Source: Planctomycetota bacterium
GTDB taxonomy: Bacteria; Planctomycetota; SZUA-567; H5-PLA8
Length of the DNA stretch: 64,000 nucleotides
Assembly: GCA_037129555.1 (NCBI GenBank)
Contig: JBAXUS010000002.1
Location: forward strand, 15,598 to 79,597
Reading direction: 5' to 3'
Position numbers and translations under genes: made by a program. This document shows positions 1-8,459 of this stretch, in pieces; positions within the stretch are counted from its first letter, which is position 1, and the number at the start of each line of letters is the position of its first letter. A model generated the notes under the pieces. The model did not search any database and was not told where the DNA came from. It was given only the letters and a program-made list of their open reading frames with translations.

Positions 1-308
1 CTTCCGAGCGTCATTACGCCCGCCGCTAGGATCGCCGGAGTGAGCGCCTGGATCACGAGCGGAGCATAGGTTTCGGTATCGAAACGGCGCAACGGAGCGT
101 CGCCCAACTTAGCGAAAATCATGCGCATGAATCCGCTTTGGGAATTCAAGACCTGCGCGCCGAAATACGAAACCAATCCCAGCCCCAGCATCAATTGACA
201 GGCCGCGCTCAAGTCTTGCGACTCCGCAAAGCGGCCTTCTTTGACGGCCTCTTCGCGACGCTGTGGCGATGGCTGCTCTGTTTTGTCTCCTTCGGATTCG
301 TCAGCCAT
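1..308 (-). CDS. flhB: Flagellar export apparatus protein FlhB, N-terminal part; the gene continues past the window start
   Basis: Reverse-strand translation from the ATG at 308 gives MADESEGDKTEQPSPQRREEAVKEGRFAESQDLSAACQLMLGL. This matches the conserved FlhB N-terminus (DKTE-P-P-R...EG). It overlaps the fliR stop by 8 nt. It is absent from the ORF track because it runs off the window. Confidence 0.7.
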   Translation of the reverse strand, partial: MADESEGDKTEQPSPQRREEAVKEGRFAESQDLSAACQLMLGLGLVSYFGAQVLNSQSGFMRMIFAKLGDAPLRRFDTETYAPLVIQALTPAILAAGVMTLG

Positions 309-1095
309 GTGTGATGCCTCCGAAAGGAACCGCCCCGAGCGCATGAAGCAATTGAATCGCCACGCGATCCATATCGCGAACCGTTTCTTCCGCCATGATC
401 CGCAATCCGGGAACCGATGCCGCGAGCAGGAACATTCCGGCCAAAATACTCACGCCGTAGCACAGCGAATACACACTCATTTGAGGATAAGCGCGCGACA
501 CCAGTGCGACGGCAATGCTGATCAACAAAAGAGGTGCCACCACGGGCGCAGCCATCCGGCAGCCACAGGCCAACATGCGCGTGGTCTGAACAATCAAGAC
601 CTCAATGGGAATTTGAAAGGTCGCGGTCCGTTCGATGGGTAGGAGCACGAAACTTTCCTTGAGTGCCCGGAGCATGTGATGATGGCCGTCTATCGCGATG
701 AAAATCGCCAGAAATACGGCGCTATGGAATTGCTCGAGCGGCGAGACCTGTTGCTCGCTGTTGGGATCATAAAGCGCAGCCTGACCGATGCCCATTTGCA
801 GCCCCATCAGTTCACCCGCCATCGATGCGCCTGAGAATGCGATTCGGGCACCGAATCCAAGAATGAGTCCCACGCCGAATTCGCTCGCAACCGCACCGAT
901 CCAATCAAGCGCGGTCGCTTTGGGAGCGGACGCGGAGAGGAGCGATGTGAGCAGCGCGGCCAGTGCAAACGTGAAAAACACTTTCACTTTGGCGTTGATC
1001 ATCGAATTGGAAAAAAGCGGTGCTGCGACGTGCATACCACTGACTCGAATCAGCACCAACGTAAAGAGGGGTGTGCGCTCGACGATGAAATTCAT
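301..1095 (-). CDS. fliR: Flagellar export apparatus protein FliR
   Basis: Polytopic membrane protein sequence (…GVGLILGFGARIAFSGASMAGELMGLQMG…) typical of FliR. Start taken at the internal ATG (MNFIVERTPLF) at 1095, which overlaps the fliQ stop (ATGA). The longer 359-aa ORF continues upstream in a different frame over fliQ. Confidence 0.8.
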   Translation of the reverse strand: MNFIVERTPLFTLVLIRVSGMHVAAPLFSNSMINAKVKVFFTFALAALLTSLLSASAPKATALDWIGAVASEFGVGLILGFGARIAFSGASMAGELMGLQMGIGQAALYDPNSEQQVSPLEQFHSAVFLAIFIAIDGHHHMLRALKESFVLLPIERTATFQIPIEVLIVQTTRMLACGCRMAAPVVAPLLLISIAVALVSRAYPQMSVYSLCYGVSILAGMFLLAASVPGLRIMAEETVRDMDRVAIQLLHALGAVPFGGITHG

Positions 1096-1367
1096 TGGCC
1101 CATTCGCTCCATCATTTGGAAGGTTTGTGATGTGAACGCAACGAGTTGCTGAAGAATCCAAGGCAGACAAACGTACATCGCCGCCGCGACACCAATGAGT
1201 CTCGGAAGAAAGCCCAGCGTGGAATCGTTGATGTGCGTCACGGCTTGAAACACACTCACCAGGAGGCCGATGCCCAGCGCTGCAAGCAGCAGGGGCGCGG
1301 ATATTTTTGCCGCCAACAGCAACACAGACGCGGCAAGTTGAAGGACCGCAGATGAATCCATTTTCAA
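1092..1367 (-). CDS. fliQ: Flagellar export apparatus protein FliQ
   Basis: 91-aa two-TM protein whose sequence (…LLLAALGIGLLVSVFQAVTHINDSTLGFLPRLIG…) is diagnostic of FliQ. Sits between fliP and fliR. Confidence 0.9.
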   Translation of the reverse strand: MKMDSSAVLQLAASVLLLAAKISAPLLLAALGIGLLVSVFQAVTHINDSTLGFLPRLIGVAAAMYVCLPWILQQLVAFTSQTFQMMERMGQ

Positions 1368-2164
1368 CCTCCCATATCAAACGAGCGGACCAGTGATTTC
1401 ACGACCAACGTCCAACCATCGGCCATGACGAACAAGAGCAATTTCAAAGGGAGGCTGATCATGGCCGGCGGAAGCATCACCATGCCGAGCGCCATTAACA
1501 CAGCCGAAACAACCATGTCCAAAACCATGAAGGGAAGGAACACCAGGAAGCCCATCATGAACGCGGTCCGCAATTCGCTGATCATGAAGGCTGGAATCAG
1601 CGTGGTGGTGGCAATATCCTCAAACGACGTCGGCGCAGAGGCTCCCGACAACTCCACCATCAACGCGAGATCTTTCTGCCGCGTTTGGCGGGCCATAAAA
1701 GTTCGGAGCGGTTTCAAGCCTTTCTCAACGGCTGCGACTTCGGAAAGCTCCCCCTTCATATAGGGATTGACCGCATCGCTTTGAACGCGCGAGAGGACGG
1801 GAGCCATGATGAATAAGGTCAGGAAAAGCGAGATCCCAGTCAGCACCACGTTTGGCGGGGACTGCTGCGTGGACAAGGCGTGACGCAAAAATCCCAGCAC
1901 AATGATCGTGCGCATGAACGACGTCATCGTCACCAAGATCGCCGGGACAATGCTGAGCAGCGTCATGGCGACGAGAATGCCCACCGCCGTGCTGGCTTTG
2001 GGCGCGTCTTTGACCAGCGACTCCACCGACTTCGCCGGGCCGGATTCGTCACCATCCGCGAACACGGGAGAGGACATCAGGCCGGCGAGGAAGAGCATCA
2101 AACCAAACGCAACCATCCCTCGGTTGATGTTGCCGCTCATAATGCCTCCTGCATTTCCGGCCAA
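1364..2164 (-). CDS. fliP: Flagellar export apparatus protein FliP
   Basis: Signal peptide plus the conserved FliP core (…TSFMRTIIVLGFLRHALSTQQSPPNVVLTGISLFLTLFIMAPV…). 4-nt overlap with fliQ. Confidence 0.9.
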   Translation of the reverse strand: MAGNAGGIMSGNINRGMVAFGLMLFLAGLMSSPVFADGDESGPAKSVESLVKDAPKASTAVGILVAMTLLSIVPAILVTMTSFMRTIIVLGFLRHALSTQQSPPNVVLTGISLFLTLFIMAPVLSRVQSDAVNPYMKGELSEVAAVEKGLKPLRTFMARQTRQKDLALMVELSGASAPTSFEDIATTTLIPAFMISELRTAFMMGFLVFLPFMVLDMVVSAVLMALGMVMLPPAMISLPLKLLLFVMADGWTLVVKSLVRSFDMGG

Positions 2165-2796
2165 TCCCTCCGTCTGGCCTCCTGGGAAATGGCAACCGTA
2201 TCGGCGACCTTATGCGCGACCGGCACTCTCAAGGAACGCATGAGCACGGATTTTTCTTCTTCCGGATCGATGGCCGGTGCGGGCGCTTTGGCGACCACGT
2301 GCTGGCTGAATTCAGCGGCCACGGGTTCCGTATCAACCGCCAGATCGCTGAGCAGCATCATCTGATTGCCCTGAGAACCAATGACCAGCATTCGGTCACA
2401 CGCCTGAACGAGAATCAACTCCCGACGCGCGCCGAGCGCCAGCCGTTCGATGACTTTCATTTTGTGTGCATTTTCAGTTTGAGCACTGGACGCCTTCTTG
2501 TGTCGCCAGATCAGAAGCATGCCGATGCCCGCAGACACCAGCAAAAAACCGGCGGCTCGCAAATACGACGCATTGGTTGTGGAGTCTTGGTTAATGGAGG
2601 TGACGCTGGTCGTGGATTCGACCGACTTTTCCGTCGCGCCATTCATCCTGAATTCATGTGTGCCGTCCGCGCTCTTGCGCAGAACGAAATCGGAGCCGTC
2701 GGCGGCGTGCGAACGGCCTGCGACCGCCGCCGCGACAAGCACGAGAATAGATGAAAATGTGCGCATGGTAGTTTTCTCCGTTCCACTGAAAAGCAA
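2137..2796 (-). CDS. fliO: Flagellar biosynthesis protein FliO/FliZ-like; true start probably the MRTF codon near 2766
   Basis: Signal peptide or TM segment, then a second TM (AAGFLLVSAGIGMLLIW), then the C-terminal conserved block VIERLALGARRELILVQACDRMLVIGSQGNQMMLL typical of FliO. Lies between fliN and fliP. Confidence 0.6.
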   Translation of the reverse strand: MLFSGTEKTTMRTFSSILVLVAAAVAGRSHAADGSDFVLRKSADGTHEFRMNGATEKSVESTTSVTSINQDSTTNASYLRAAGFLLVSAGIGMLLIWRHKKASSAQTENAHKMKVIERLALGARRELILVQACDRMLVIGSQGNQMMLLSDLAVDTEPVAAEFSQHVVAKAPAPAIDPEEEKSVLMRSLRVPVAHKVADTVAISQEARRRDWPEMQEAL

Positions 2797-2887
2797 TCAA
2801 TGGGCCGTGAAAATTATTTGCGCAGGATGTTTTTATCGGAAGAAACGTCCGGCCTGTTCATCTTGCGTTGAATCAGTCGGGGGCGGG

Positions 2888-3616
2888 CTAGGAAAGTGCT
2901 TGTACACGCTGCTTGGGGTCGATGATTTCGGAAATTCGCACACCAAAGACTTCATTGACGACAACGACTTCTCCGATGGCCAGCAATTTGTCGTTCACGT
3001 AAATATCTATCGGCTCGCCGGCACGTTTATTAAGCTCAATTACACTTCCAGGCCCCAATGTCAGCAGTTCCTGGACGAGCATGGACGTCGAGCCCAGGAT
3101 AACGCTGATGGAAATGGGGATGTCCATCACCAAATCAATATTGGACGGCTCGTTCTTGGAAGTTCCTGACGTCAATTCCGGAAGCTTGACCGGGTGAACA
3201 ACCGTGGAATCATTGTCAAAGCTGGCATCTGCCTGTTCTTGAATGGCTGCCAGTTTGGGAAAGAGTTTCGCGTAGACTCCGGGCGTGTCGAAGACATCCG
3301 TATTGTTGAACGTCAGAACATGTTCGACATCGGGCGTGCCGGGGCCGTTTGTCATCAGAATGAAATTGATCTCGAGGCCTTCGTCGCGCAGCCACTTGAG
3401 TAATTCAAGCCCGGAACTTTTGGTCAATTGATCCTGGCACAAAATGACATCGATTGCTGCGCGCCGCACAAGCTTTTCAACTTCGTTGGCTCCATCGGCT
3501 CCCGTCACGGTATAACCACAGTTTTTCAGAACTTCGGTCAAGTCGTTCCTGCGCTGCGCATCGCCGTCGACCACGAGCGCATGAAAGGACTTGGGTTCAG
3601 AATGCGATTTGTTCAT
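2888..3616 (-). CDS. fliN: CheY-like receiver domain fused to a FliN (SpoA) C-ring domain
   Basis: N-terminal about 120 aa has the receiver fold: acidic start VVDGD, a candidate phospho-Asp in AIDVILCQDQL, Thr in FILMTNGPG, and Lys in AKLFPK. C-terminal about 80 aa is FliN/SpoA: DIPISISVILGSTSMLVQELLTLGPGSVIELNKRAGEPIDIYVNDKLLAIGEVVVVNEVFGVRISEII. Confidence 0.8.
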   Translation of the reverse strand: MNKSHSEPKSFHALVVDGDAQRRNDLTEVLKNCGYTVTGADGANEVEKLVRRAAIDVILCQDQLTKSSGLELLKWLRDEGLEINFILMTNGPGTPDVEHVLTFNNTDVFDTPGVYAKLFPKLAAIQEQADASFDNDSTVVHPVKLPELTSGTSKNEPSNIDLVMDIPISISVILGSTSMLVQELLTLGPGSVIELNKRAGEPIDIYVNDKLLAIGEVVVVNEVFGVRISEIIDPKQRVQALS

Positions 3617-3660
3617 GTTTGGGTCCGTTGAGTTAAGTGCTAAAATGGTAACACCATGCG

Positions 3661-4647
3661 CTACTTGAGCCTGTCAGAAACCCGGATGGCGAGCTTGCCA
3701 TTATGGGTCCCGAAATAGCCCTTGAATTTTGGACACCCCCCCACATCCAAATCCGCAGGTTCGTCCAGCTCTTTGTTCAACATGAAAACGTCGCCGGCTT
3801 TGAGGCTGATGATGTCTTTCATGGTCAATGTCGCGGAACCCAATCGGGCGGAGAGCTTCATTTTGACTTCGTTCAAGGCGGTCTGCATGCTGTTGCGGCT
3901 TGCGCCCAAATTCTTTTGATCGTCCGCCACCCACTGCCGGGCATTCAATTTTTCAATGATCGGATTCAACGCGCGAAACGGATAACAGAACGTTACGATT
4001 CCCGTCGATGATCCGAATTCTATTTCGAGCACCAGGGCAACCACGGGTTCTTCCTGAGACGCCACATGTACAAATTGAGTGGTAAAGTCAACGCTTTCCA
4101 CCACGAATGAAACTTTGATCAGGCGGTTCCACGCGGGTTCCAATTCCTTCAAGGCAATCGCCACGACATCATCGATAACGAATTGTTCGATTTCAGTGAA
4201 AGGCTGATTGGTATCGTAGAAACCTCCAGGGCCGCCCATGACGCGGTCGACAAATCCCGCGCCGACTTCCGGGCTGATCGCCATCAACACGCGGCCTTCC
4301 GATGGGCGAAAGCGAATTTTCGCCAACGTACACGGATCGGGCAATGACCGGGCGAAGTCGCCATAGGAGAATTGGTTGACCGAAATGCACCGCACATGCA
4401 CGGTAGCGCGCAGATAGGTGGCCAGCGAATTGGCGAAATTTCGCGCGAAGGCTTCGTGAATCATCTTCAGCGTGCGCAATTGGTCCTGCAGAAACATGAC
4501 AGGATGGCGGAAATCATATTCCTTGACGTTCATGGGTGCAGAACGCTGTTTGATATGGTGTTGCGCGACCGCCAACCCCGGGATGGGACCGCCTGACACA
4601 GCATTCATCAGCACATCGATTTCTTCTTTTGAAAGAGAATTGGACAT
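3661..4647 (-). CDS. fliM: Flagellar motor switch protein FliM
   Basis: N-terminal LSKEEIDVLM peptide (CheY-binding type), FliM middle domain, and C-terminal SpoA-like domain. 328 aa. Confidence 0.9.
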   Translation of the reverse strand: MSNSLSKEEIDVLMNAVSGGPIPGLAVAQHHIKQRSAPMNVKEYDFRHPVMFLQDQLRTLKMIHEAFARNFANSLATYLRATVHVRCISVNQFSYGDFARSLPDPCTLAKIRFRPSEGRVLMAISPEVGAGFVDRVMGGPGGFYDTNQPFTEIEQFVIDDVVAIALKELEPAWNRLIKVSFVVESVDFTTQFVHVASQEEPVVALVLEIEFGSSTGIVTFCYPFRALNPIIEKLNARQWVADDQKNLGASRNSMQTALNEVKMKLSARLGSATLTMKDIISLKAGDVFMLNKELDEPADLDVGGCPKFKGYFGTHNGKLAIRVSDRLK

Positions 4648-4655
4648 GTACCCGC

Positions 4656-5156
4656 CTATTGGATGATGAACTCCGTGAAAAAAACACCGCTGACATAACC
4701 GCCTTCTAATAATTCATTGATGCCCGTTTGAAGTTCGCGTTTCAACTTTGTCCGTCCGGCAAGATTGTCGATTTCGGTCACTTCAAGATCACTCAGCTTA
4801 TTGACGATGAAATCGGCCAGTTCCGGTTTCATGGTGGCCAAATCCTCCCTCACTTTCTTCGAGTTCGTTTGAAAGCCGAGGGTGATTTTCAGATATCGCG
4901 TCGCTTTGCTGTTGCGAAGATTGACCACAAACGGTTTGATCGAAAAAGATTGCAAATTTATGGGCGTTTCCGGTGTGGTTTCTGAAGCGGCAGCCGGTTT
5001 GACAATCGAATCGGCGGCGGCGGGTTTGTGAATTAAGAAAGAATAGGCGGCCAGTCCCCCGCCGCCCAACATCAGTCCGCCGAGGATAAGAAAAATGATC
5101 TTGAGAAAGGAACTTTTCTTCGGTCCGGCTGGGGTCGCATTGGGTGTGTCGCTCAT
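4656..5156 (-). CDS. fliL: Flagellar basal-body-associated protein FliL
   Basis: Single N-terminal TM, then the FliL periplasmic domain (…FVVNLRNSKATRYLKITLGFQTNSKK…TKLKRELQTGINELL…). Lies between motB and fliM. Confidence 0.85.
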   Translation of the reverse strand: MSDTPNATPAGPKKSSFLKIIFLILGGLMLGGGGLAAYSFLIHKPAAADSIVKPAAASETTPETPINLQSFSIKPFVVNLRNSKATRYLKITLGFQTNSKKVREDLATMKPELADFIVNKLSDLEVTEIDNLAGRTKLKRELQTGINELLEGGYVSGVFFTEFIIQ

Positions 5157-5232
5157 GGTGGATTGCCTCTTGGGAGTCGGAATATATTGCTTCGATATTT
5201 ACTGCAAGCCTCGATCCAAACCGGGCGGGCCA

Positions 5233-6168
5233 TCAATATCTTTCCACCTTCCATTGCCGCGGACGGACGAAAATGGAGATGCGCTGATTGACGGGATCGT
5301 TGACATTGTTGGGGTTCATCAGCCGTGTCGAAGCACACCCGGCAACTTTGGTAACCTGCCCCTTCTTCAATCCGCTTTTTTCGAGCTCCAAGCGCGTCAT
5401 ATTTGCCATCATCGCGCTCGCCTGCCATTTCTGGCTCGGCTCCGAGAGGTTTTCAAAAATGCTGCCGTGACCGTCGATTTCCAACACGTTCGGAAGCTCT
5501 CCAAGTGTTTTCGCCAATATGCCCAGTGTGCTCTTGAATGCATCCCTGAATGCGCCGGTTTTCGCATCCAAAAGGGGCGAGTTTCGTTGTTGGACAAATT
5601 GAATGAGCATTCCTTCTTCATGCGTTTCGATGACCAGGTTGTCCTTGATTTTAGCGAACGACGGATCCAAGCCGAGCCGGGTCAATATTTCCTCCTGAAG
5701 TTTGAGGAACGATCGAACGTCATCGTCTTCATCCAAACGTAACGTTACTGCGCCGGGGCGCGCACCCGGCTCCGGTGCCACCTTACCGAAGCCCCCAATT
5801 GTTGACGGCGCTTCCTGCGGGTTATCTTTGGCATTGTCCTCTGGCTGTAGGAAATTATTGGGAATGTCCATACGTCCGTTTTTGTGATCCATCAGCCCAC
5901 GATTGCCCCGCAGGATGTCCTCGGGCTTGCCTTCATAATCCGTCGCATGGCGAAAATAGGAAGCGACCGCCGATTTGACGTCCTGACTTTGCGTGAGAAT
6001 CCACAGCACGAGGAATAGCGCGAACATGGCCGTCATAAAATCGGCGAAAGCCACTTTCCATGCGCCACCGTGATGCTCGTGTTTTTGCTTACGCTTTTTG
6101 TAAATGATGATTCGTTTCGGTGCCGGTGCGGCGACTGCTTCCGAGGATGCGTCATGTTTGTCAGCCAT
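5233..6168 (-). CDS. motB: Flagellar stator protein MotB (OmpA-like C-terminus)
   Basis: N-terminal TM with the plug region (WKVAFADFMTAMFALFLVLW) and the conserved Asp context. C-terminal OmpA/peptidoglycan-binding-like region. Immediately downstream of motA. Confidence 0.85.
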   Translation of the reverse strand: MADKHDASSEAVAAPAPKRIIIYKKRKQKHEHHGGAWKVAFADFMTAMFALFLVLWILTQSQDVKSAVASYFRHATDYEGKPEDILRGNRGLMDHKNGRMDIPNNFLQPEDNAKDNPQEAPSTIGGFGKVAPEPGARPGAVTLRLDEDDDVRSFLKLQEEILTRLGLDPSFAKIKDNLVIETHEEGMLIQFVQQRNSPLLDAKTGAFRDAFKSTLGILAKTLGELPNVLEIDGHGSIFENLSEPSQKWQASAMMANMTRLELEKSGLKKGQVTKVAGCASTRLMNPNNVNDPVNQRISIFVRPRQWKVERY

Positions 6169-6177
6169 GATGTGTTA

Positions 6178-7029
6178 TCAACCTCCACCTTTGCATGCTT
6201 TTTCAATCGTCGTCGCGCTGGGACGGGCGAATGAGAATATGGCTCGTCGTGCGAATTCCACGGCAACCGATGGCGAAGCGCCTGTCGCGTAGGAGGCGAT
6301 CGCGGTTTTCATAACTTGGAGGTAGCGTACTTCCTCTGCTTCCTGCTGCTGAACGGCGGAGATAATCGGATTGAGAAGTCCATAGGCAAGGAATACGCCC
6401 AGGAACGTTCCGACCAGGGCGGATGCCACGTGTTGCCCTACTTCCTCCGGTCTTCCGTCGATGTGCCCCATCGTGATAATGATGCCCAGCACGGCACCGA
6501 CGATGCCGATCCCGGGCAGACCGTCGCCGACCTTTTGTAGCACACTCAGTGGCATGTGCGATTCGGTTTCGTAGGTTTCAATCGAGCTTTCCATCAGCGC
6601 GTCAATTTCTTCCGACTGCGCGCTTCCGTCCACCACCATCCGAAGTGTTTCCGTCATCAGATCGAGCGCTGTCTTGTTGTGCGACAGGCTGTGGTACTTG
6701 CTGATGATGTCGCTCTTTAGTGGCTCGGCAATGTGCGTTTCGAGCGCCAACATGCCGCTCTTGCGTGCCAAAGCAAAGAGCCGGAATAGCGTGACGAGCA
6801 ATTCTTCGAATGCCTTTTCATTGAAATGCGAGCCTTTCAAAGATCCGGTCATGCAGGACACACAACGTTTGAGGATGGTCATGGGAGCTGAAATGACCAT
6901 CGCACCAAGTGCCATTCCAAAGATGGTCACAAACTCGGCTGGCTGGACCAATGCCATCAAATTGCCGTGTGCCATGGTGTAGCCCACCACCATGCAGACG
7001 AACACAAGAATAATGCCTGGAATTACCAC
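6178..7029 (-). CDS. motA: Flagellar stator protein MotA
   Basis: Four-TM MotA/TolQ/ExbB-family signature (…GIGIVGAVLGIIITMGHIDGRPEEVGQHVASALVGTFLGVFLAYGL…). Confidence 0.9.
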   Translation of the reverse strand: MVIPGIILVFVCMVVGYTMAHGNLMALVQPAEFVTIFGMALGAMVISAPMTILKRCVSCMTGSLKGSHFNEKAFEELLVTLFRLFALARKSGMLALETHIAEPLKSDIISKYHSLSHNKTALDLMTETLRMVVDGSAQSEEIDALMESSIETYETESHMPLSVLQKVGDGLPGIGIVGAVLGIIITMGHIDGRPEEVGQHVASALVGTFLGVFLAYGLLNPIISAVQQQEAEEVRYLQVMKTAIASYATGASPSVAVEFARRAIFSFARPSATTIEKACKGGG

Positions 7030-7074
7030 GATGTTGATACTCCCTGCTGCTTGTTTACATAAAATGGAACACGT

Positions 7075-7896
7075 TTAGCGCTTCAGCCCGACGATTTCCT
7101 GAAGGATTTCGTCTTCGGTCGTAATTACTTTGGCATTGGCTTGAAGCCCGCGTTGAGCGAGAATCATGTTGGAAAATTCCTGGGTCAAATCCACATTGGA
7201 TAGTTCGAGAAACCCGGAGCGGATGTGTCCGACATCATCGGAACTGCCGGGGTGGAACGTGATGTACTCTTCACCAGCTTTCGAGGTGGTGCGGTACAGG
7301 TTTTCACCGGCCTTCGACAAGCCTTGTGGGTTCTTGAAGTTTTCAAGAGTTACTTTTCCCAAAACGGCGGTGGTGCCATCCGCGAGCGAGCCCGTAATCG
7401 TGCCGGTGTGATCGATATTGAAGCCGGTTACCGTCACGCCACCGACGTTATTTGGAATCTGAAGTTCAATGAGCGGATCGCCGAGTTTTCCTGTCGGTCC
7501 CGCGCCCATCAGACGCTGACCTGTCGGGGTAGTCAGGTAGCCGTTCACATCGACGGATGTCGCACCGGCCCGCGTAAAAAGATGTTCGCTTGACAACGGG
7601 TCGTTCACGACAAAAAATCCATTGCCTTCGATCGCCATATCGGATGGGCTGCCCGTGTTCGTCAACGATCCCGGCGAGAAGTCCACGTTGACCGATGGCG
7701 CGGTGACGCCGAGTCCGATTTGAGACATGTTCGGTCCGCTGGATGACATTGTTTCCGACAACGTATCGGAAAATAGGGCCCGGCTTCCTTTGAAACCAGA
7801 GGTGTTGACGTTTGCAAGATTGTTGGCTACGACCGAAATGTATTGCTGGTTCGCCTGCATTCCGGATACGGCTGTAAAAAGTGGGTTAATGGCCAT
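7075..7896 (-). CDS. flgE: Flagellar hook protein FlgE (short, Bacillus-like size)
   Basis: Flg_bb_rod N-terminus (VANNLANVNTSGFK) and a flagellar hook/rod C-terminal helix (SNVDLTQEFSNMILAQRGLQANAKVI). Called hook because it directly follows flgD. Confidence 0.7.
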   Translation of the reverse strand: MAINPLFTAVSGMQANQQYISVVANNLANVNTSGFKGSRALFSDTLSETMSSSGPNMSQIGLGVTAPSVNVDFSPGSLTNTGSPSDMAIEGNGFFVVNDPLSSEHLFTRAGATSVDVNGYLTTPTGQRLMGAGPTGKLGDPLIELQIPNNVGGVTVTGFNIDHTGTITGSLADGTTAVLGKVTLENFKNPQGLSKAGENLYRTTSKAGEEYITFHPGSSDDVGHIRSGFLELSNVDLTQEFSNMILAQRGLQANAKVITTEDEILQEIVGLKR

Positions 7897-7941
7897 CGGT
7901 TATGTCTCCAAGAAAGAATTCTGAGTAAGTGCCACAAAACG

Positions 7942-8370
7942 CTACGAAACTTGTTGAAGCGAATCCAGTGTGATCGACGCTCCGTCTTTGAGAATGAGCG
8001 TGGGAGCAAGACCGGGATTGATGCGAACGGAATCGACCGTTCCCTGCTTCGATCCCGTCGAACTTGAATACGTGATCTGCCGCCCAACCAATCCCGCGGC
8101 GGTGCTTTGTTGCTGGGAAGAAAGCATCGATTTTAGAGTCGAACTTAAGCCTGCCATGGTGGTCTGGAGGGCACCCATGGTTTGTACAGATGTGACTTGT
8201 GCAAATTGGTTGAGGAATTCCGATGACTGCATCGGCTCCATGGGATTTTGATTGGAGATTTCCTGCGTGAACAATTTCATAAAGGTGTCACCATTTAGTG
8301 ACACCGCGTTGGCCGTCGTGGCGCTGGATGTTTGCGCCTGCATCGTGGATTTGACTGCTGAAATGGCCAT
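7942..8370 (-). CDS. flgD: Hook capping/scaffold protein FlgD
   Basis: FlgD N-terminal conserved region (…SLNGDTFMKLFTQEISNQNPMEPMQSSEFLNQFAQVTSVQTM…). Start placed at the internal ATG at 8370; the longer ORF runs to 8424. Confidence 0.8.
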   Translation of the reverse strand: MAISAVKSTMQAQTSSATTANAVSLNGDTFMKLFTQEISNQNPMEPMQSSEFLNQFAQVTSVQTMGALQTTMAGLSSTLKSMLSSQQQSTAAGLVGRQITYSSSTGSKQGTVDSVRINPGLAPTLILKDGASITLDSLQQVS

Positions 8371-8459
8371 ACTGTCCGAGTCCTTTCCTGTGGGGCTGAA
8401 TTCAATTCTGGCGAGTACCCACAATTGGTGGCTACGATTGCGTCAGACTTGAAATGTCC

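Noticed and set aside
301-1380. 359-aa ORF that would extend FliR 95 residues upstream across fliQ
   Set aside because: The extension is in a different frame over the well-supported fliQ gene and has no FliR-like sequence. The internal ATG at 1095 gives a canonical ATGA overlap with fliQ.
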